A stretch of DNA of 64,000 bases from Nostoc sp. (GTDB lineage Bacteria; Cyanobacteriota; Cyanobacteriia; Cyanobacteriales; Nostocaceae): the NCBI RefSeq assembly GCF_036919675.1, contig NZ_JBALCP010000054.1, positions 9,501 through 73,500 on the forward strand. The letters run 5' to 3'. Shown here piece after piece: positions 26,520-37,056 of the stretch. The translations under genes and the position numbers were made by a program. The notes beneath the pieces were generated by a model. The model made no database searches and was not told where the DNA came from. It saw only the letters and a program-made list of their open reading frames with translations. The stretch's first letter is position 1. Every line of letters starts with the position of its first letter.

Positions 26520-26619
26520 GGACTGGGGACTAGGGACTGGGGACTAGGAAAATTTATTCCTAATACCCAATACTTAATAACCAATACCTAATCCCCAATC
26601 CAAAATCCAAAATCTAAAA
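26517..26619. repeat. STRR heptamer arrays
   Basis: The arrays are gggactg gggacta gggactg gggacta, then cctaata cccaata ..., then ccaaaat ccaaaat ctaaaat. Confidence 0.85.
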
Positions 26620-26625
26620 TTGGCA

Positions 26626-27396
26626 ATGGCAATCACTACCCAGCAATTAATTCAATGGAAACAACAGAGACGTTCAATTGTGGCATTGACCGCCTGGGAT
26701 TATGCGATCGCTCAACTCCTTGACGCAGCTGGTGTAGACTTAATCCTTGTGGGTGACTCTATGGCAGTAGTTTTAGGGTATGAAACAACACTGCCAATAA
26801 CTTTGGATGAGATGATATACCACGCCAAATCCGTGCGTCGAGGAGTTAAACGCGCATTAGTGGTTGTAGATTTACCATTTTTGACGTATCAAGAAAGTCT
26901 CCAGCAAGCGATGCATTCAGCTGGGCGGGTACTGAAGGAAACAGGCGCTCAAGCGGTAAAATTGGAAGGTGGCTATCCAGCGATCGCAGAAACAGTGGCT
27001 CGTTTGGTAGAAGCCGGAATTCCGGTAATGGGTCATATAGGTTTGACACCGCAATCAGTACATCAACTTGGTTTGCGACAACAAGGGAAAACGCAAGAAG
27101 CGAGTGAGAGGATTTTACTTGAAGCGATCGCTCTGGAACAAGCTGGTGTATTTTCTCTAGTGTTAGAGCATATCCCCGCAGATTTAGCAATGCAGATTAC
27201 CCAAAAACTGAGCATTCCAACAATTGGTATCGGTGCAGGAACTCACTGCGATGGACAAGTTTTAGTTACCTCAGATGTAATCGGGCTTACAGAGAAGCAG
27301 CCACCCTTTGCCAAGGTTTACACAAATTTGCGCGAGACGATTACCAAAGCCGTGCAAGATTATGCTGTAGAAGTGCGCGATCGGAAATTTCCATAA
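26626..27396 (+). CDS. panB: 3-methyl-2-oxobutanoate hydroxymethyltransferase
   Basis: [26 protein letters not shown] and IGIGAG are present. The ORF-track start at 26620 is a TTG, and the ATG at 26626 is the more likely start. Confidence 0.93.
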   Translation: MAITTQQLIQWKQQRRSIVALTAWDYAIAQLLDAAGVDLILVGDSMAVVLGYETTLPITLDEMIYHAKSVRRGVKRALVVVDLPFLTYQESLQQAMHSAGRVLKETGAQAVKLEGGYPAIAETVARLVEAGIPVMGHIGLTPQSVHQLGLRQQGKTQEASERILLEAIALEQAGVFSLVLEHIPADLAMQITQKLSIPTIGIGAGTHCDGQVLVTSDVIGLTEKQPPFAKVYTNLRETITKAVQDYAVEVRDRKFP

Positions 27397-27406
27397 TAAA
27401 TAAAGT

Positions 27407-27457
27407 GACTGGGGACTAGTAACGCAAGGCGGAAGTCAAAAGTCAAAAGTCAAAAGT
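27407..27457. repeat. STRR heptamers (gactggg/gactag; gtcaaaa x3)
   Basis: gcaaggcggaagtcaaaagtcaaaagtcaaaagt has an inverted relative at 38442-38475. Confidence 0.8.
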
Positions 27458-27862
27458 ATTACGGAATAGGCTTTTTAGGGTTTTTAAATGGTTGCTCTAT
27501 TTACGCCGTGTTGTACTAGGGATTGGGAAAAACTCTTACCCTATTCCCTAATTTCTATAACCATCATGAACTAGTAACCCCAGTTGCGGGTTAACTACAA
27601 ATAAAATAATTACTGGCATTAAGGCACTCCAGCCTGCAATCTTAATTTATAAATTTGATCAGCTAAAGGGGGTAAATGAGTAATCAGAGTAACTCCCAAG
27701 TCATGCACAGGCTTTGTGTGATCTCGATATTTACACTCTGTTTTTACTAGCAGATCAGAAGAGAAATAGTACCCATAAGGGTAATATTAGAACTTATTTT
27801 TTCATCCTAAAATGCAAGTATTCTTTAAACAAGAAAATAATTTTTTATCCAAAGGAGCTTGT

Positions 27863-29359
27863 ATGAGTAGACAGCATGGATTCACTCCTCGTAAAGGTGA
27901 ACATCAACCACTAAGTGAATTTGCCCAAACAGGTAAGTTTGGCAGATTATTTCCAAAACTTCGTCCTTTTATTCCATCTGAAGAAAGTTTAAAAGAACTG
28001 GGCAATGCATTAAGCGATCCTAGCCCGAATACACCGGAGGGAGACAATCTAAGCATCCCCGCAGGCTTTACCTATTTCGGTCAATTTGTCGATCATGATA
28101 TTACCTTAGACACCACTACTCTTAAAGAGATCATTGTCGATCCATTGGCTGTGACAAACTTCCGAACACCAGCACTTGATCTTGATAGTATTTATGGTTC
28201 TGGGCCTGACGTACAACCGTATCTATACCAACTTCCTGACCAGGATCTGTTTTTAATTGGCACAACTAATAAAGACCCTGGAGTAGGAGATCCCACTGTT
28301 CCCCCAGAATTGCCCAACGATCTTCCTCGCGCTTCTAGCGGTCTGGGACTACTTGGAGATCCGCGCAACGATGAAAACTTAATCGTTGCACAGCTTCACC
28401 TGGCTTTTCTGAAATTTCACAACAAAGTAATTACAGGTATCAAGAATAAAACCATTGAATCATCAAAGTCCATAGATAAGTCGGATTTTGAAAAGGCCAG
28501 AGAATTAGTAATTTGGCACTATCAATGGATAGTAGTTCATGACTTCTTGACTCGCATTATTGACAAAGAACAGCTAGAACTAGTGCTTAAAGAGGGCAGA
28601 CGCTTTTTTATATTGAAGGAGGATCAGCAGCCATTTATTCCTGTAGAGTTTTCTGTAGCTGCCTATCGTCTTGGTCATAGTATGGTGCGTGCAGTTTATG
28701 ACTACAACCGTGTTTTTACTCCTCTTCCTGGTGGATTCGCACCCGCAACTCTGGAACTTTTGTTTGCTTTCACTGCCAAATCAGGGAAGTTAGACGACCC
28801 TTTTAATATTCCGATTCCCAGTGATTGGGTTATTGACTGGAGAAGATTTTTTGAGATTGACTCTGATGTGCAAGTTAATCACAGCCGCAACATAGATCCT
28901 TTTCTTGTTGAACCTTTAAAGAATTTGCCCAATGTTCCAGAGCCAAAATCACTCGCTGTAAGAAATTTACTTCGCGGTCGGAGTGTCGGCTTGCCATCCG
29001 GTCAAAGAGTAGCTCGGTTCCTGAAATTAGAACCTTTGACTAGGGATGAAATCTCCACTGGCCCTGATGGAGAAGTTGCAGCCAAGCATAAGTTTGATAT
29101 TGAGACACCGTTGTGGTACTACATTCTTAAAGAAGCCCAAATTCAGAATCAAGGTCAACGTTTGGGTCAGGTAGGAAGCCGGATTCTGGCTGAAGTTTTT
29201 GTTGGCTTACTAGAAGAAGACAGCAACTCATTTTTGGCGACTGACCCAGATTGGAGACCAACATTGCCTGCCGAAAACCCTGGTACATTTACCATCGTGG
29301 ATTTGTTGAAATTTGTTGGAGAAATTAATCCTATTGGCGATGTAAAACAAGAATCGTAA
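27863..29359 (+). CDS. animal-haem-peroxidase-like (peroxidase-cyclooxygenase superfamily) protein, short bacterial form
   Basis: The distal-His motif is FGQFVDHDITLD and the proximal-His motif is AAYRLGHSMV. RNLLRGRSVGLPSGQ is also present. The ATG at 27863 has the RBS aaaggag, whereas the ORF-track start at 27812 has none. Confidence 0.8.
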   Translation: MSRQHGFTPRKGEHQPLSEFAQTGKFGRLFPKLRPFIPSEESLKELGNALSDPSPNTPEGDNLSIPAGFTYFGQFVDHDITLDTTTLKEIIVDPLAVTNFRTPALDLDSIYGSGPDVQPYLYQLPDQDLFLIGTTNKDPGVGDPTVPPELPNDLPRASSGLGLLGDPRNDENLIVAQLHLAFLKFHNKVITGIKNKTIESSKSIDKSDFEKARELVIWHYQWIVVHDFLTRIIDKEQLELVLKEGRRFFILKEDQQPFIPVEFSVAAYRLGHSMVRAVYDYNRVFTPLPGGFAPATLELLFAFTAKSGKLDDPFNIPIPSDWVIDWRRFFEIDSDVQVNHSRNIDPFLVEPLKNLPNVPEPKSLAVRNLLRGRSVGLPSGQRVARFLKLEPLTRDEISTGPDGEVAAKHKFDIETPLWYYILKEAQIQNQGQRLGQVGSRILAEVFVGLLEEDSNSFLATDPDWRPTLPAENPGTFTIVDLLKFVGEINPIGDVKQES

Positions 29360-29364
29360 CTATA

Positions 29365-29539
29365 CCCCACATCCCGCACTTCATAGTGTAATACATGAAT
29401 ATTTCTAACAACTGGCTAATGGTAGTTAAATAGCGATACAAATTCTCAATCATTGCCAGTATTAATACTTAATGATTAACGATTATTAGGAAATATTCTT
29501 GAATATTAATATATTACATATTGAAGTACGGAATGTTGG
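29365..29539. mobile_element. MITE-like inverted-repeat element (~175 bp)
   Basis: The left arm ccccacatcccgcacttcatagtgtaatacatgaatatt pairs with the reverse complement of the right arm, ccaacattccgtacttcaatatgtaatatattaatatt. Related arms occur at 18996-19035 and 54463-54502. Confidence 0.65.
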
Positions 29540-29848
29540 TTACAAGACACTCAGCCTCCATACTTTTGCGTAGCGGCTCCAAGAGTTGGGCTGTTAACAA
29601 ATACCGAGGGACACTCGGAACTTCAAGCTTGTGGAGAGACTGTAAGACTCGTTGGTACTTGTGCCAAAAAGCGGGTTTCTGAGAAACAAGAATCTCCCGC
29701 CACAGCGTAGCTTGGCGGTGAGAGTGTCAAACCAACTTAATTATACCTACTGGTTACTTTTACTGATAGCTTTAGTGATTGCCTTTAAATAACTCCGAAT
29801 TTCGTTTCTCAACGCTTTAGCCGAATCCCCTCAGTATTTTTTTCTATA

Positions 29849-29906
29849 TTGGTTAGACTAGTGTTGATTTTGGTAATTTGGTTAGACTAGTGTTGATTTT
29901 GGTAAT
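29849..29906. repeat. perfect tandem duplication, 2 x 29 bp
   Basis: ttggttagactagtgttgattttggtaat occurs at 29849-29877 and again at 29878-29906. Confidence 0.95.
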
Positions 29907-29997
29907 ATTGTTCAGCGAGGATTCGATTCGTTGCACTTGAGCTTCTATCGCCGCACTGTCAATGGGTGAATTGAAGTTGGTAACTAAAAATTTAACT

Positions 29998-31314
29998 ATG
30001 GAACAACAACCGATACAAGTAATTGGAGGTGGACTAGCTGGAACTGAAGCAGCTTGGCAAATAGCCCAAGCTGGAGTACCAGTAATTCTCCATGAAATGC
30101 GTCCAAAACGCTTCAGCCCTGCTCATCATACAGAACATCTGGCAGAATTAGTATGTAGTAATTCCTTTGGGGCAATGGCAAGCGATCGCGCAGCTGGATT
30201 ATTACACGAAGAATTACGCCAACTTGGCTCTATCGTCATTTCTAAAGCTGATGAACACGCCGTTCCCGCGGGTGGGGCGCTAGCTGTAGACAGGGGACAA
30301 TTTGGCCAAGACTTGACTCAAACTTTAGCTAGCCATCCTTTAATTGAATTTCGTCGGGGTGAAGTGTCTGCGATTCCAGAAGGAATTGTGGTTTTGGCAA
30401 CTGGGCCTTTAACCAGTCCCAACTTAGCCCAAGATTTGCACCGCTTTACCGGGATGGAATACCTCAGCTTTTTCGATGCGGCTAGTCCGATTATTGTGGG
30501 AGAATCGATTAATCGTGACGTTGCTTTTATGGCATCACGTTATGACAAAGGTGAAGCCGCTTATCTCAACTGCCCAATGAATAAAGAGCAGTACTTGCAG
30601 TTTCGAGAAGAACTTTGTAAAGCTGAACAAATAGAACTCAAAGGTTTTGAACGGGAAACGGCAAAATTTTTTGAAGCTTGTTTACCCATTGAAGAACTAG
30701 CACAGCGGGGGGAAGATACCATGCGCTACGGCCCCCTAAAGCCAGTGGGATTGTCAGATACTCGCACAGAGGAACGTCCTTATGCTGTGGTGCAGTTACG
30801 ACAAGAAGATAAAGTCGGTCAACTGTGGAATATGGTAGGATTCCAAACTAATCTGCGTTGGGGTGAGCAAAAGCGAATATTTCAGCTAATTCCAAGTTTG
30901 GAAAAGGCGGAGTTTGTACGCTTGGGAGTGATGCACCGCAATACTTTTATTAATGCTCCTCAGCTAATGCATCCTACTCTGCAATTTAAAGAGCGTCCGA
31001 CATTGTTAGCAGCTGGACAGTTGATTGGTACTGAAGGTTACACCGCAGCCGCTGCGGGTGGCTGCTTGGCGGGAATTAATGCAGCACGGCTAGCTTTGGG
31101 TAAAGAAGCTTTAGTTTTACCACCAACAACAATGATGGGTGCGTTATTGGAATTTATTAGTTCTGCTTCGCCGAAGCATTTCCAACCAATGCCGCCCAAC
31201 TTTGGGATTTTTCCCGAACTGGGTGCGAAAATCAAAAGTAAACAAGAGCGTTATGGACGTTACCGCGATCGCTCTTTAACTGATCTAGCAAACTGGAAAG
31301 CAAATCATAATTAA
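29998..31314 (+). CDS. trmFO: methylenetetrahydrofolate--tRNA-(uracil-5-)-methyltransferase
   Basis: [21 protein letters not shown] (FAD-binding GxGxxG) and CSNSFG are present. The ORF-track start at 29962 adds 12 aa not typical of TrmFO. Confidence 0.9.
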   Translation: MEQQPIQVIGGGLAGTEAAWQIAQAGVPVILHEMRPKRFSPAHHTEHLAELVCSNSFGAMASDRAAGLLHEELRQLGSIVISKADEHAVPAGGALAVDRGQFGQDLTQTLASHPLIEFRRGEVSAIPEGIVVLATGPLTSPNLAQDLHRFTGMEYLSFFDAASPIIVGESINRDVAFMASRYDKGEAAYLNCPMNKEQYLQFREELCKAEQIELKGFERETAKFFEACLPIEELAQRGEDTMRYGPLKPVGLSDTRTEERPYAVVQLRQEDKVGQLWNMVGFQTNLRWGEQKRIFQLIPSLEKAEFVRLGVMHRNTFINAPQLMHPTLQFKERPTLLAAGQLIGTEGYTAAAAGGCLAGINAARLALGKEALVLPPTTMMGALLEFISSASPKHFQPMPPNFGIFPELGAKIKSKQERYGRYRDRSLTDLANWKANHN

Positions 31315-31383
31315 TGGGCATTGGGCACAAGAGGCGAAGGGGAAAGACTTACTGCAATTTCCCCTCTGCTCCCTACTCCCTAT

Positions 31384-32028
31384 CTAAACCTTCAACACCC
31401 AGGCTTCACGATTTTCAAAGCTAAGAAAAGATGCTGGTACGATTTCGAGATTTACTCCCAGAGCTTTGAAAGTGGCACGAATAGCCGCAGCATGGGCAGC
31501 CTCAGTAGAGCCGATACTCGCCCCGACAGTAATCAATTTTGGAGTTTTCAACTTAGCAATTTCTTGGCTATAGGCGATCGCAGCATCAGTCTCCAAAGCT
31601 AAAGCCAGCTTGGCAATATTCACATCGCTATCCAAGTTTCCCTCACCCTTTTTGATGTAGGATGAAAGATCATAGCTAGACTGTGTTTTTAGTGGAGTTC
31701 CCCCCAAACTGGTGATAGTAGCTGCTAGAGCATCCCGATGTTTTTTATGATCAGCTTGGTTGCGGAGCGCCAAAGCCAAAACAGCTTTACCAACCTCAGT
31801 AGTACTTAGCTTGCCAGCAGCAGCGCTATAAGCCCAAATCGCCTGGTGTTCGTAATAAAGAGCATTGTTCAGAATTTTTGCATCGTTTCGCCCAGAACTT
31901 GTTGTCCGAGCATCAGCTTTTTGGGCAATCAGGGGCAAACCTAACGCAGTTGCTATACCACCGACTGCTCCACTCACTATTAGCGCCCGGCGAGAGGAAT
32001 TCTTGCCTAAAGGGCTTTGATAGTCCAT
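31384..32028 (-). CDS. ferritin-like domain protein with Tat-type signal
   Basis: A twin-arginine leader SRRALIVSGAVGG is followed by helical repeats YYEHQAIWAYSAAAG and ETDAAIAYSQEI. Confidence 0.6.
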   Translation of the reverse strand: MDYQSPLGKNSSRRALIVSGAVGGIATALGLPLIAQKADARTTSSGRNDAKILNNALYYEHQAIWAYSAAAGKLSTTEVGKAVLALALRNQADHKKHRDALAATITSLGGTPLKTQSSYDLSSYIKKGEGNLDSDVNIAKLALALETDAAIAYSQEIAKLKTPKLITVGASIGSTEAAHAAAIRATFKALGVNLEIVPASFLSFENREAWVLKV

Positions 32029-32965
32029 GAGTTAGTGTCTCCTAAAGATATTACTGTTTGTTTGATGCGGATATGAAAATCAGAGAATAGCCAGGGCATG
32101 AATAACCCTGGCTGCAAGTACTGCCTTTGGATGAAAAGAATTTTTTCCAACGAATAGTTCTAATGTGTCTTGACTAGATGTTCACTTTCCAAGTCAATGA
32201 CTGCTCATTTGTAACTCATTTTGGCAATGGTGTCATCAATTACACTCAAATGGGATAAATACCCTTTTTGTATTTTGAAGCAAACGTACTGTAGGCAAGC
32301 ATTTAGTAAGATTATTCGCTTCGTTTTGAATATCAAGCAAAGGCGAATTTTGATTATTTATACTCCCAAAATTTACTTAGTGATGCTGATGAAGAGGTAG
32401 AAAACAGTTAGAAAGGCAGTTTCCTTGATAGACGGGTAGCAAAGGCGTGTTTGTCAAACATCCATACTTGCGAAGCGATGAGTTTTATCCTAAACTACTT
32501 TGTCGTAGTCAATTTTCATGCTGGGGCGGTAAGGCTTCATCTTGAGAGTATAATCGGGCATTGTTTGAATGAAGCGATCGCTGATCATGCATTCATAAGT
32601 TTTCACCTATCCCACCAGGATCAGTGTAATTAATTTTACTTTTTTACTCCGCACTCGTTATATAATGTCCCTCAAAATAACCCATGATAAAAACTTTGGT
32701 TTTTAGTCAGGAATTTAGTCTTCTCTACCAGAGCAGAGGCGAACAAAATCAGGACTTTAGTCCTGACTAGGAACATTTTTTATTCAGGTTGATTAGTCGG
32801 ACATGATATTACTCAGCACTCAGAACTGTTTCGGAGATGTCTGACGGAAAGTACACATCTACGTGTAGTTTATTTAACATCTGATTTTAAATTTATTTTG
32901 TTTCATAAAACTTAAAATAGGTTTATTATCCTTTAAAATTTTTTGCAGAGATTTAGGTAAGATAT

Positions 32966-33367
32966 ATGGCTGATATTGTTGATATTGCAGTTACGGCTGA
33001 GTCTTTTAAAACACTGGTGGCGGCTGTACAAGCTGCTGGTTTAGTAGAAACATTAAAAAGTCCTGGCCCGTTCACTGTCTTTGCACCAAATGACGATGCT
33101 TTTGCCAAGTTACCAGCGGGAACTATCCAAACTCTGTTACAGAATATTCCCCAGCTAACGCGGATTTTAAAGTATCATGTCGTTCCAGGAAAGCTGCTAA
33201 AGGCTGATTTGGCACAACTCGGTACGGTTAATTCTGTGGAAGGTTCACCCATTAAAATTGATTCTTCTGATGGCTTTGAAGTTAAAAATGCCACAGTTCT
33301 AGCAGCAGATATCGAAGCTGATAATGGTGTGGTACACGTTATCGATACAGTAATTTTACCGGGTTAA
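32966..33367 (+). CDS. fasciclin (FAS1) domain protein
   Basis: [19 protein letters not shown] and [13 protein letters not shown] are present. Confidence 0.88.
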   Translation: MADIVDIAVTAESFKTLVAAVQAAGLVETLKSPGPFTVFAPNDDAFAKLPAGTIQTLLQNIPQLTRILKYHVVPGKLLKADLAQLGTVNSVEGSPIKIDSSDGFEVKNATVLAADIEADNGVVHVIDTVILPG

Positions 33368-33572
33368 TTCAGCTAGGGTGGGTGTTTTCCACCCTACTTA
33401 TCCAAAATCTTTATAATTAACTAACTATTGGTAGTATCCAAATGCAACTAAATAGTTTAACTTATGTTATATTTGCAATGTGATTACTCACTCATATATG
33501 AATGTAGATTTAGTTATTTTAAAATAGAATAAATTAAATTCTTAAAAAGCTAACGTCTATCCCAACAAATAA

Positions 33573-33908
33573 ATGCTCGATTTTAACAGCTTAGTTGAGT
33601 TCTCTCGTGGCAACTGCATAAGTATTTGTGCATTTCTCGTACCAGCGAACTTGCTTGTCACAATTTTAACGATGAGCTTGGTAGCGTTACGTCGCCCATC
33701 ATATCAAGTTTGGCAATCTGCTGGAATTGCCAGCTTTTTCGCTTCCGTAATGATAATGCACGTATATACTTGGTTCATGGTTGGGGTGGTGATGGCTCCT
33801 ACTTATATCTTGCTGTGGTTAGCAATTACTTGTTTGGTGACTAATTTGGCAGCAATTCTTTTTCAAAGACGCTATGGTAACAGCCCTAGTCTTTCCAACA
33901 ACGCCTAA
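33573..33908 (+). CDS. small hypothetical membrane protein (3 TM)
   Basis: There are three hydrophobic helices. I recognised no family. Confidence 0.5.
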   Translation: MLDFNSLVEFSRGNCISICAFLVPANLLVTILTMSLVALRRPSYQVWQSAGIASFFASVMIMHVYTWFMVGVVMAPTYILLWLAITCLVTNLAAILFQRRYGNSPSLSNNA

Positions 33909-33914
33909 AATTTA

Positions 33915-33978
33915 GGGACTTCCAGTTAAAAAAATATCCCATCGTAGGGGCATAAGACTTTGTGCCCCTACAAATGTA
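33915..33978. repeat. ~64-nt dispersed element, copy 2 (copy 1 at 6920-6983)
   Basis: See 6920-6983. It contains the stem gtaggggca / tgcccctac and lies between convergent gene ends. Confidence 0.7.
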
Positions 33979-34052
33979 CAAATTAATTTTGGATAATTTA
34001 TTTTTTGTCAGTCCCTTACACATCCGAGCGATGTCTAACGACAAGTCCTTCT

Positions 34053-34625
34053 CTACGAGAGGCTGCGCCAACAGGTTCGGGGGTGACGCTTCTTCATCTC
34101 ATGCTCAAGGATCGCATATAGCCAAGAGTCTCGCCATTCTCCCTTAATCCAATGGTGTTCTCGCAAATATCCTTTCTGTTGCATTCCAATTTTTTGCATA
34201 ACTCGTGCTGAGGCAATGTTTTCTGGGTGAAAAGTCGCAAAAATGCAATGTAAGCCTAACTCCTGAAAACCAAATGATATAACTGCTTTTACACCTTCAG
34301 TCGCATATCCTTGTCCCCAAAATTCTTTACTAAAAGAGTATCCAATAGAGCCTATTTTGTTGCCAGTATCTAGAGTAGAAATGCGACAGATACCAATTAA
34401 TTGCTTTTGGGCTTTTAAAGTCACTGCCAAGGCAAAATGCTGACGGGGTTCTTCGCCTTGCAATGAAATCTCTCTTTGCAAAAAATTCTTGGTATCTTCT
34501 TTGCTATTAGGGCCAAAGGTCAAATAACGCACAACTTCATGATCGCTGGCGTATTTATGAACTGCTTGCCAATCTGATTCCACAAAGTCTCGCAGTATCA
34601 GACGTTGGGTTTCTAGCGGTATCAT
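34053..34625 (-). CDS. GNAT-family N-acetyltransferase (RimJ/RimL-like)
   Basis: LILRDF...DW and the acetyl-CoA loop FWGQGYATE are present. The last ~15 codons run into a dispersed repeat, so the true C-terminus may differ. Confidence 0.8.
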   Translation of the reverse strand: MIPLETQRLILRDFVESDWQAVHKYASDHEVVRYLTFGPNSKEDTKNFLQREISLQGEEPRQHFALAVTLKAQKQLIGICRISTLDTGNKIGSIGYSFSKEFWGQGYATEGVKAVISFGFQELGLHCIFATFHPENIASARVMQKIGMQQKGYLREHHWIKGEWRDSWLYAILEHEMKKRHPRTCWRSLS

Positions 34626-35977
34626 TTGGGAAATTCTGCACGTAACTGATTGACTACCTGATCTAGTCCCACGGAATGGGCGGCTTTGAACAATAAACGA
34701 TCGCCTGCTTGCACAAATGTCTTCAATCTAGCCACCAAATCAGCATGAGTTGCAAAGCACTCTGATGGGATACCTTCGGCACTAAGGGCGATCGCTTCGG
34801 CATCTTGTCCATCTACCAAAACCAACAAGCCGTCTAGATTCAATTTTCGCACTGTTTCTCCCACTCGCTGGTGCAACTGCTGCGATCGCTCTCCCAATTC
34901 TTTCATTGCACCCAATACGGCAATCTTTCGCTTTCCGGGTGTGTCTACCAATAATTGCAAGGCTGCTATCATAGCTTCTGGTGCAGCATTATAAGTTTCA
35001 TCTAAGATTACCACATCGTTGGGTAAGGCAAACTGCTGCGATCGCCCTGTGGGCATATCCACCACCACACCTGCTTTCAGGCTTGCCCAATCGATCCCCA
35101 ACACTTTTGCCACCGCTAAAGCTGCCAAAAAATTAGTCGCATTGTGACGCCCAGGCAACGGCAGAGGTAGTTGAATTCCTGAGACTTCCACAGTTTGGTG
35201 ATCAATTAACTGCCCTTGGATATCCCCACCAGAAAAGCCGTAAGTCAAAACTTGTCCGTGCCAAACTTTCGCCGCTGTGGCCATTAATAGGGGATTGTCG
35301 TGGTTGAGAATTGCCACACTATCAGCAGACATTTCGGCTAATAATTCACATTTTGCCTGAGCGATCGCTTCTTCGGAACCCAGTAACTCAATATGCGCTG
35401 TCCCAACATTGGTAATCACTCCAATTGTTGGATGCGCTATTTGCGTCAGTTCAGCAATTTGTCCCCTACCGCGCATCGCCATTTCGATCACGGCGTAGTC
35501 ATCTTCTGTGCCAAGTTCTAGGAGAGTTTTTGGAACACCGATTTCGTTGTTGTAATTTTCATAAGTTTTGTGAACTCGTCCCTTTGTTCCTAAAACTGCG
35601 GCGATCAGTTCCTTGGTTGTAGTTTTGCCCACGGAACCTGTTACGCCAATCACTGGAATGTTGAAGTGATCGCGCCACCATCTGCCAATTTTCTGATATG
35701 CCTTGAGGGTGTCTTTGACCTGTAATATAGGAAAGCCAGGATTTTCGTATTCAAAATCTACAATTGCAGCTATTGCACCTTTTGCGATCGCAGTTGGCAC
35801 AAATTCATGTCCATCAAACTTATCGCCTCGCAAAGCTAAAAATACTTCACTCGGTTTCAGGGTACGGCTATCTGTTTGTATACCGCTACCTACTTGTGTT
35901 AAAGCAGTTTCAGATAAGTTTATCGGACTGGCCAAAAGAACTTCAACCAGTTGGGTTAGGGTGGCAGAACAATGCAT
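34622..35977 (-). CDS. murF: UDP-N-acetylmuramoyl-tripeptide--D-alanyl-D-alanine ligase
   Basis: GVTGSVGKTTTKE, NNEIGVP and the Mur-ligase C-terminal domain are present. It overlaps the downstream GNAT gene by 4 nt. Confidence 0.92.
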   Translation of the reverse strand: MHCSATLTQLVEVLLASPINLSETALTQVGSGIQTDSRTLKPSEVFLALRGDKFDGHEFVPTAIAKGAIAAIVDFEYENPGFPILQVKDTLKAYQKIGRWWRDHFNIPVIGVTGSVGKTTTKELIAAVLGTKGRVHKTYENYNNEIGVPKTLLELGTEDDYAVIEMAMRGRGQIAELTQIAHPTIGVITNVGTAHIELLGSEEAIAQAKCELLAEMSADSVAILNHDNPLLMATAAKVWHGQVLTYGFSGGDIQGQLIDHQTVEVSGIQLPLPLPGRHNATNFLAALAVAKVLGIDWASLKAGVVVDMPTGRSQQFALPNDVVILDETYNAAPEAMIAALQLLVDTPGKRKIAVLGAMKELGERSQQLHQRVGETVRKLNLDGLLVLVDGQDAEAIALSAEGIPSECFATHADLVARLKTFVQAGDRLLFKAAHSVGLDQVVNQLRAEFPK

Positions 35978-36202
35978 AAGTAATTTACAATTTAAAGTTC
36001 AAAATTATAAAATCGAATTATGACATAATACTGCATTAAACAACAAGATTTGCGACTTCAAGGGAAAAGCCGCGAATCTAAGCCTAATGAAAAAGATGAG
36101 GAAAGGGAACCCCATATTTAAAAATACTTGTTTTGTAACGTGTGGGGAAAAGTGATTTCTTTGTTCTTGCTTTACCTTTTTTACCCTCTTTGGTCACAAT
36201 AA

Positions 36203-36242
36203 CACCAAAAATAGTGCCAAAGAAGCTTAACTCCTTTGGCAC
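36203..36242 (-). terminator. intrinsic terminator after the TerB-like gene
   Basis: On the minus strand, gtgccaaag-gagttaagctt-ctttggcac (a 9-bp stem) is followed by tatttttggtg. Confidence 0.6.
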
Positions 36243-36294
36243 ACTTTGTTTATCAGCTATTTATATAGTTTAATTAAGCATATGTTTTATCGTC

Positions 36295-36741
36295 CTATCC
36301 CCGGTTTTTAATCAAGATTACTTGCACAATTTTGATTGCTATCTCACTAGAAACACCTAAAGCTTGATATAGATCATTTAAGAAGTATTTTTCTTCTTCA
36401 GCGACAATACCTTCAGCTAAGACTAAATCGGTGGCTACTGCAAAGGCTGCTTCCCGCAAGTCTTGAGATAGAGAATTTTTTGCTGCATCAAATAAAGTAT
36501 TAAAATCATCACCCTGGAGAATGCCCAAGATTTTGTCAAACAGCCTGTTCATCATCTCATGGGGATAACTTTTAAAAAGTTTCGTCCGGGACAGCACAGA
36601 AGTGATAGAATTTGCTTGCTCAACAGAAAGGTAACCGTCTGAGGCTGTTGCCACCAAGATAATGACAGCAAAAGCTTCTTCTGGATTGAGTGCTGCTTGG
36701 GTTTGGCTTTCTGTACCCAACACGGCGTCGAATAGACCCAT
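36295..36741 (-). CDS. TerB-like (tellurite-resistance TerB family) protein
   Basis: This is a 148-aa all-helical protein. AVIILVATASDGYLSVEQ and REAAFAVATDLVLAEGIVAEEEKYFL resemble the TerB duplicated helix motif. Confidence 0.55.
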   Translation of the reverse strand: MGLFDAVLGTESQTQAALNPEEAFAVIILVATASDGYLSVEQANSITSVLSRTKLFKSYPHEMMNRLFDKILGILQGDDFNTLFDAAKNSLSQDLREAAFAVATDLVLAEGIVAEEEKYFLNDLYQALGVSSEIAIKIVQVILIKNRG

Positions 36742-36918
36742 TGTAGTAGCTCCTTGGTTAGAGTCCCAATAGCGCTACAGTTACCTGTGTGTTTGGTGGG
36801 TTTCCAGGTAAGACTGCAACGCTGTGAGACTTTCATGCTTTAGTGTTCCCAAGATTTATTCACGGCGAACACCTGCACCCAATGGTTTTTGGCAAGAACT
36901 ACAGTGCCATCTGTAAAC

Positions 36919-37056
36919 TTAAGGTTCTCCTGTCTTTTCTATTATTTCAATTACCGCCAAACCTATACCAGAAGCTGCTATTAACAGTACTACTGATATC
37001 AAATAGGCATTGATCAGCATCCGTAAGGCTTCATCGAAAAAAATGTAGGTGGTCAT
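36919..37056 (-). CDS. possible 45-aa single-TM small protein (below the ORF-track cutoff)
   Basis: The RBS aaaaggtgaagcaATG is followed by MTTYIFFDEALRMLINAYLISVVLLIAASGIGLAVIEIIEKTGEP. Confidence 0.3.
   Translation of the reverse strand: MTTYIFFDEALRMLINAYLISVVLLIAASGIGLAVIEIIEKTGEP

Noticed and set aside
26051-26584. A 177-aa minus-strand ORF.
   Set aside because: It is antisense to the repeat-structured propeller gene. The repetitive sense coding sequence keeps the antisense frame open.
32451-32633. A 60-aa plus-strand ORF and a 38-aa minus-strand ORF (VKTYECMISDRFIQTMPDYTLKMKPYRPSMKIDYDKVV) in the 0.9-kb gap before the fasciclin gene.
   Set aside because: Neither has a convincing start context or a recognisable family. 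The region also contains a MITE-like inverted repeat (about 32645-32835).
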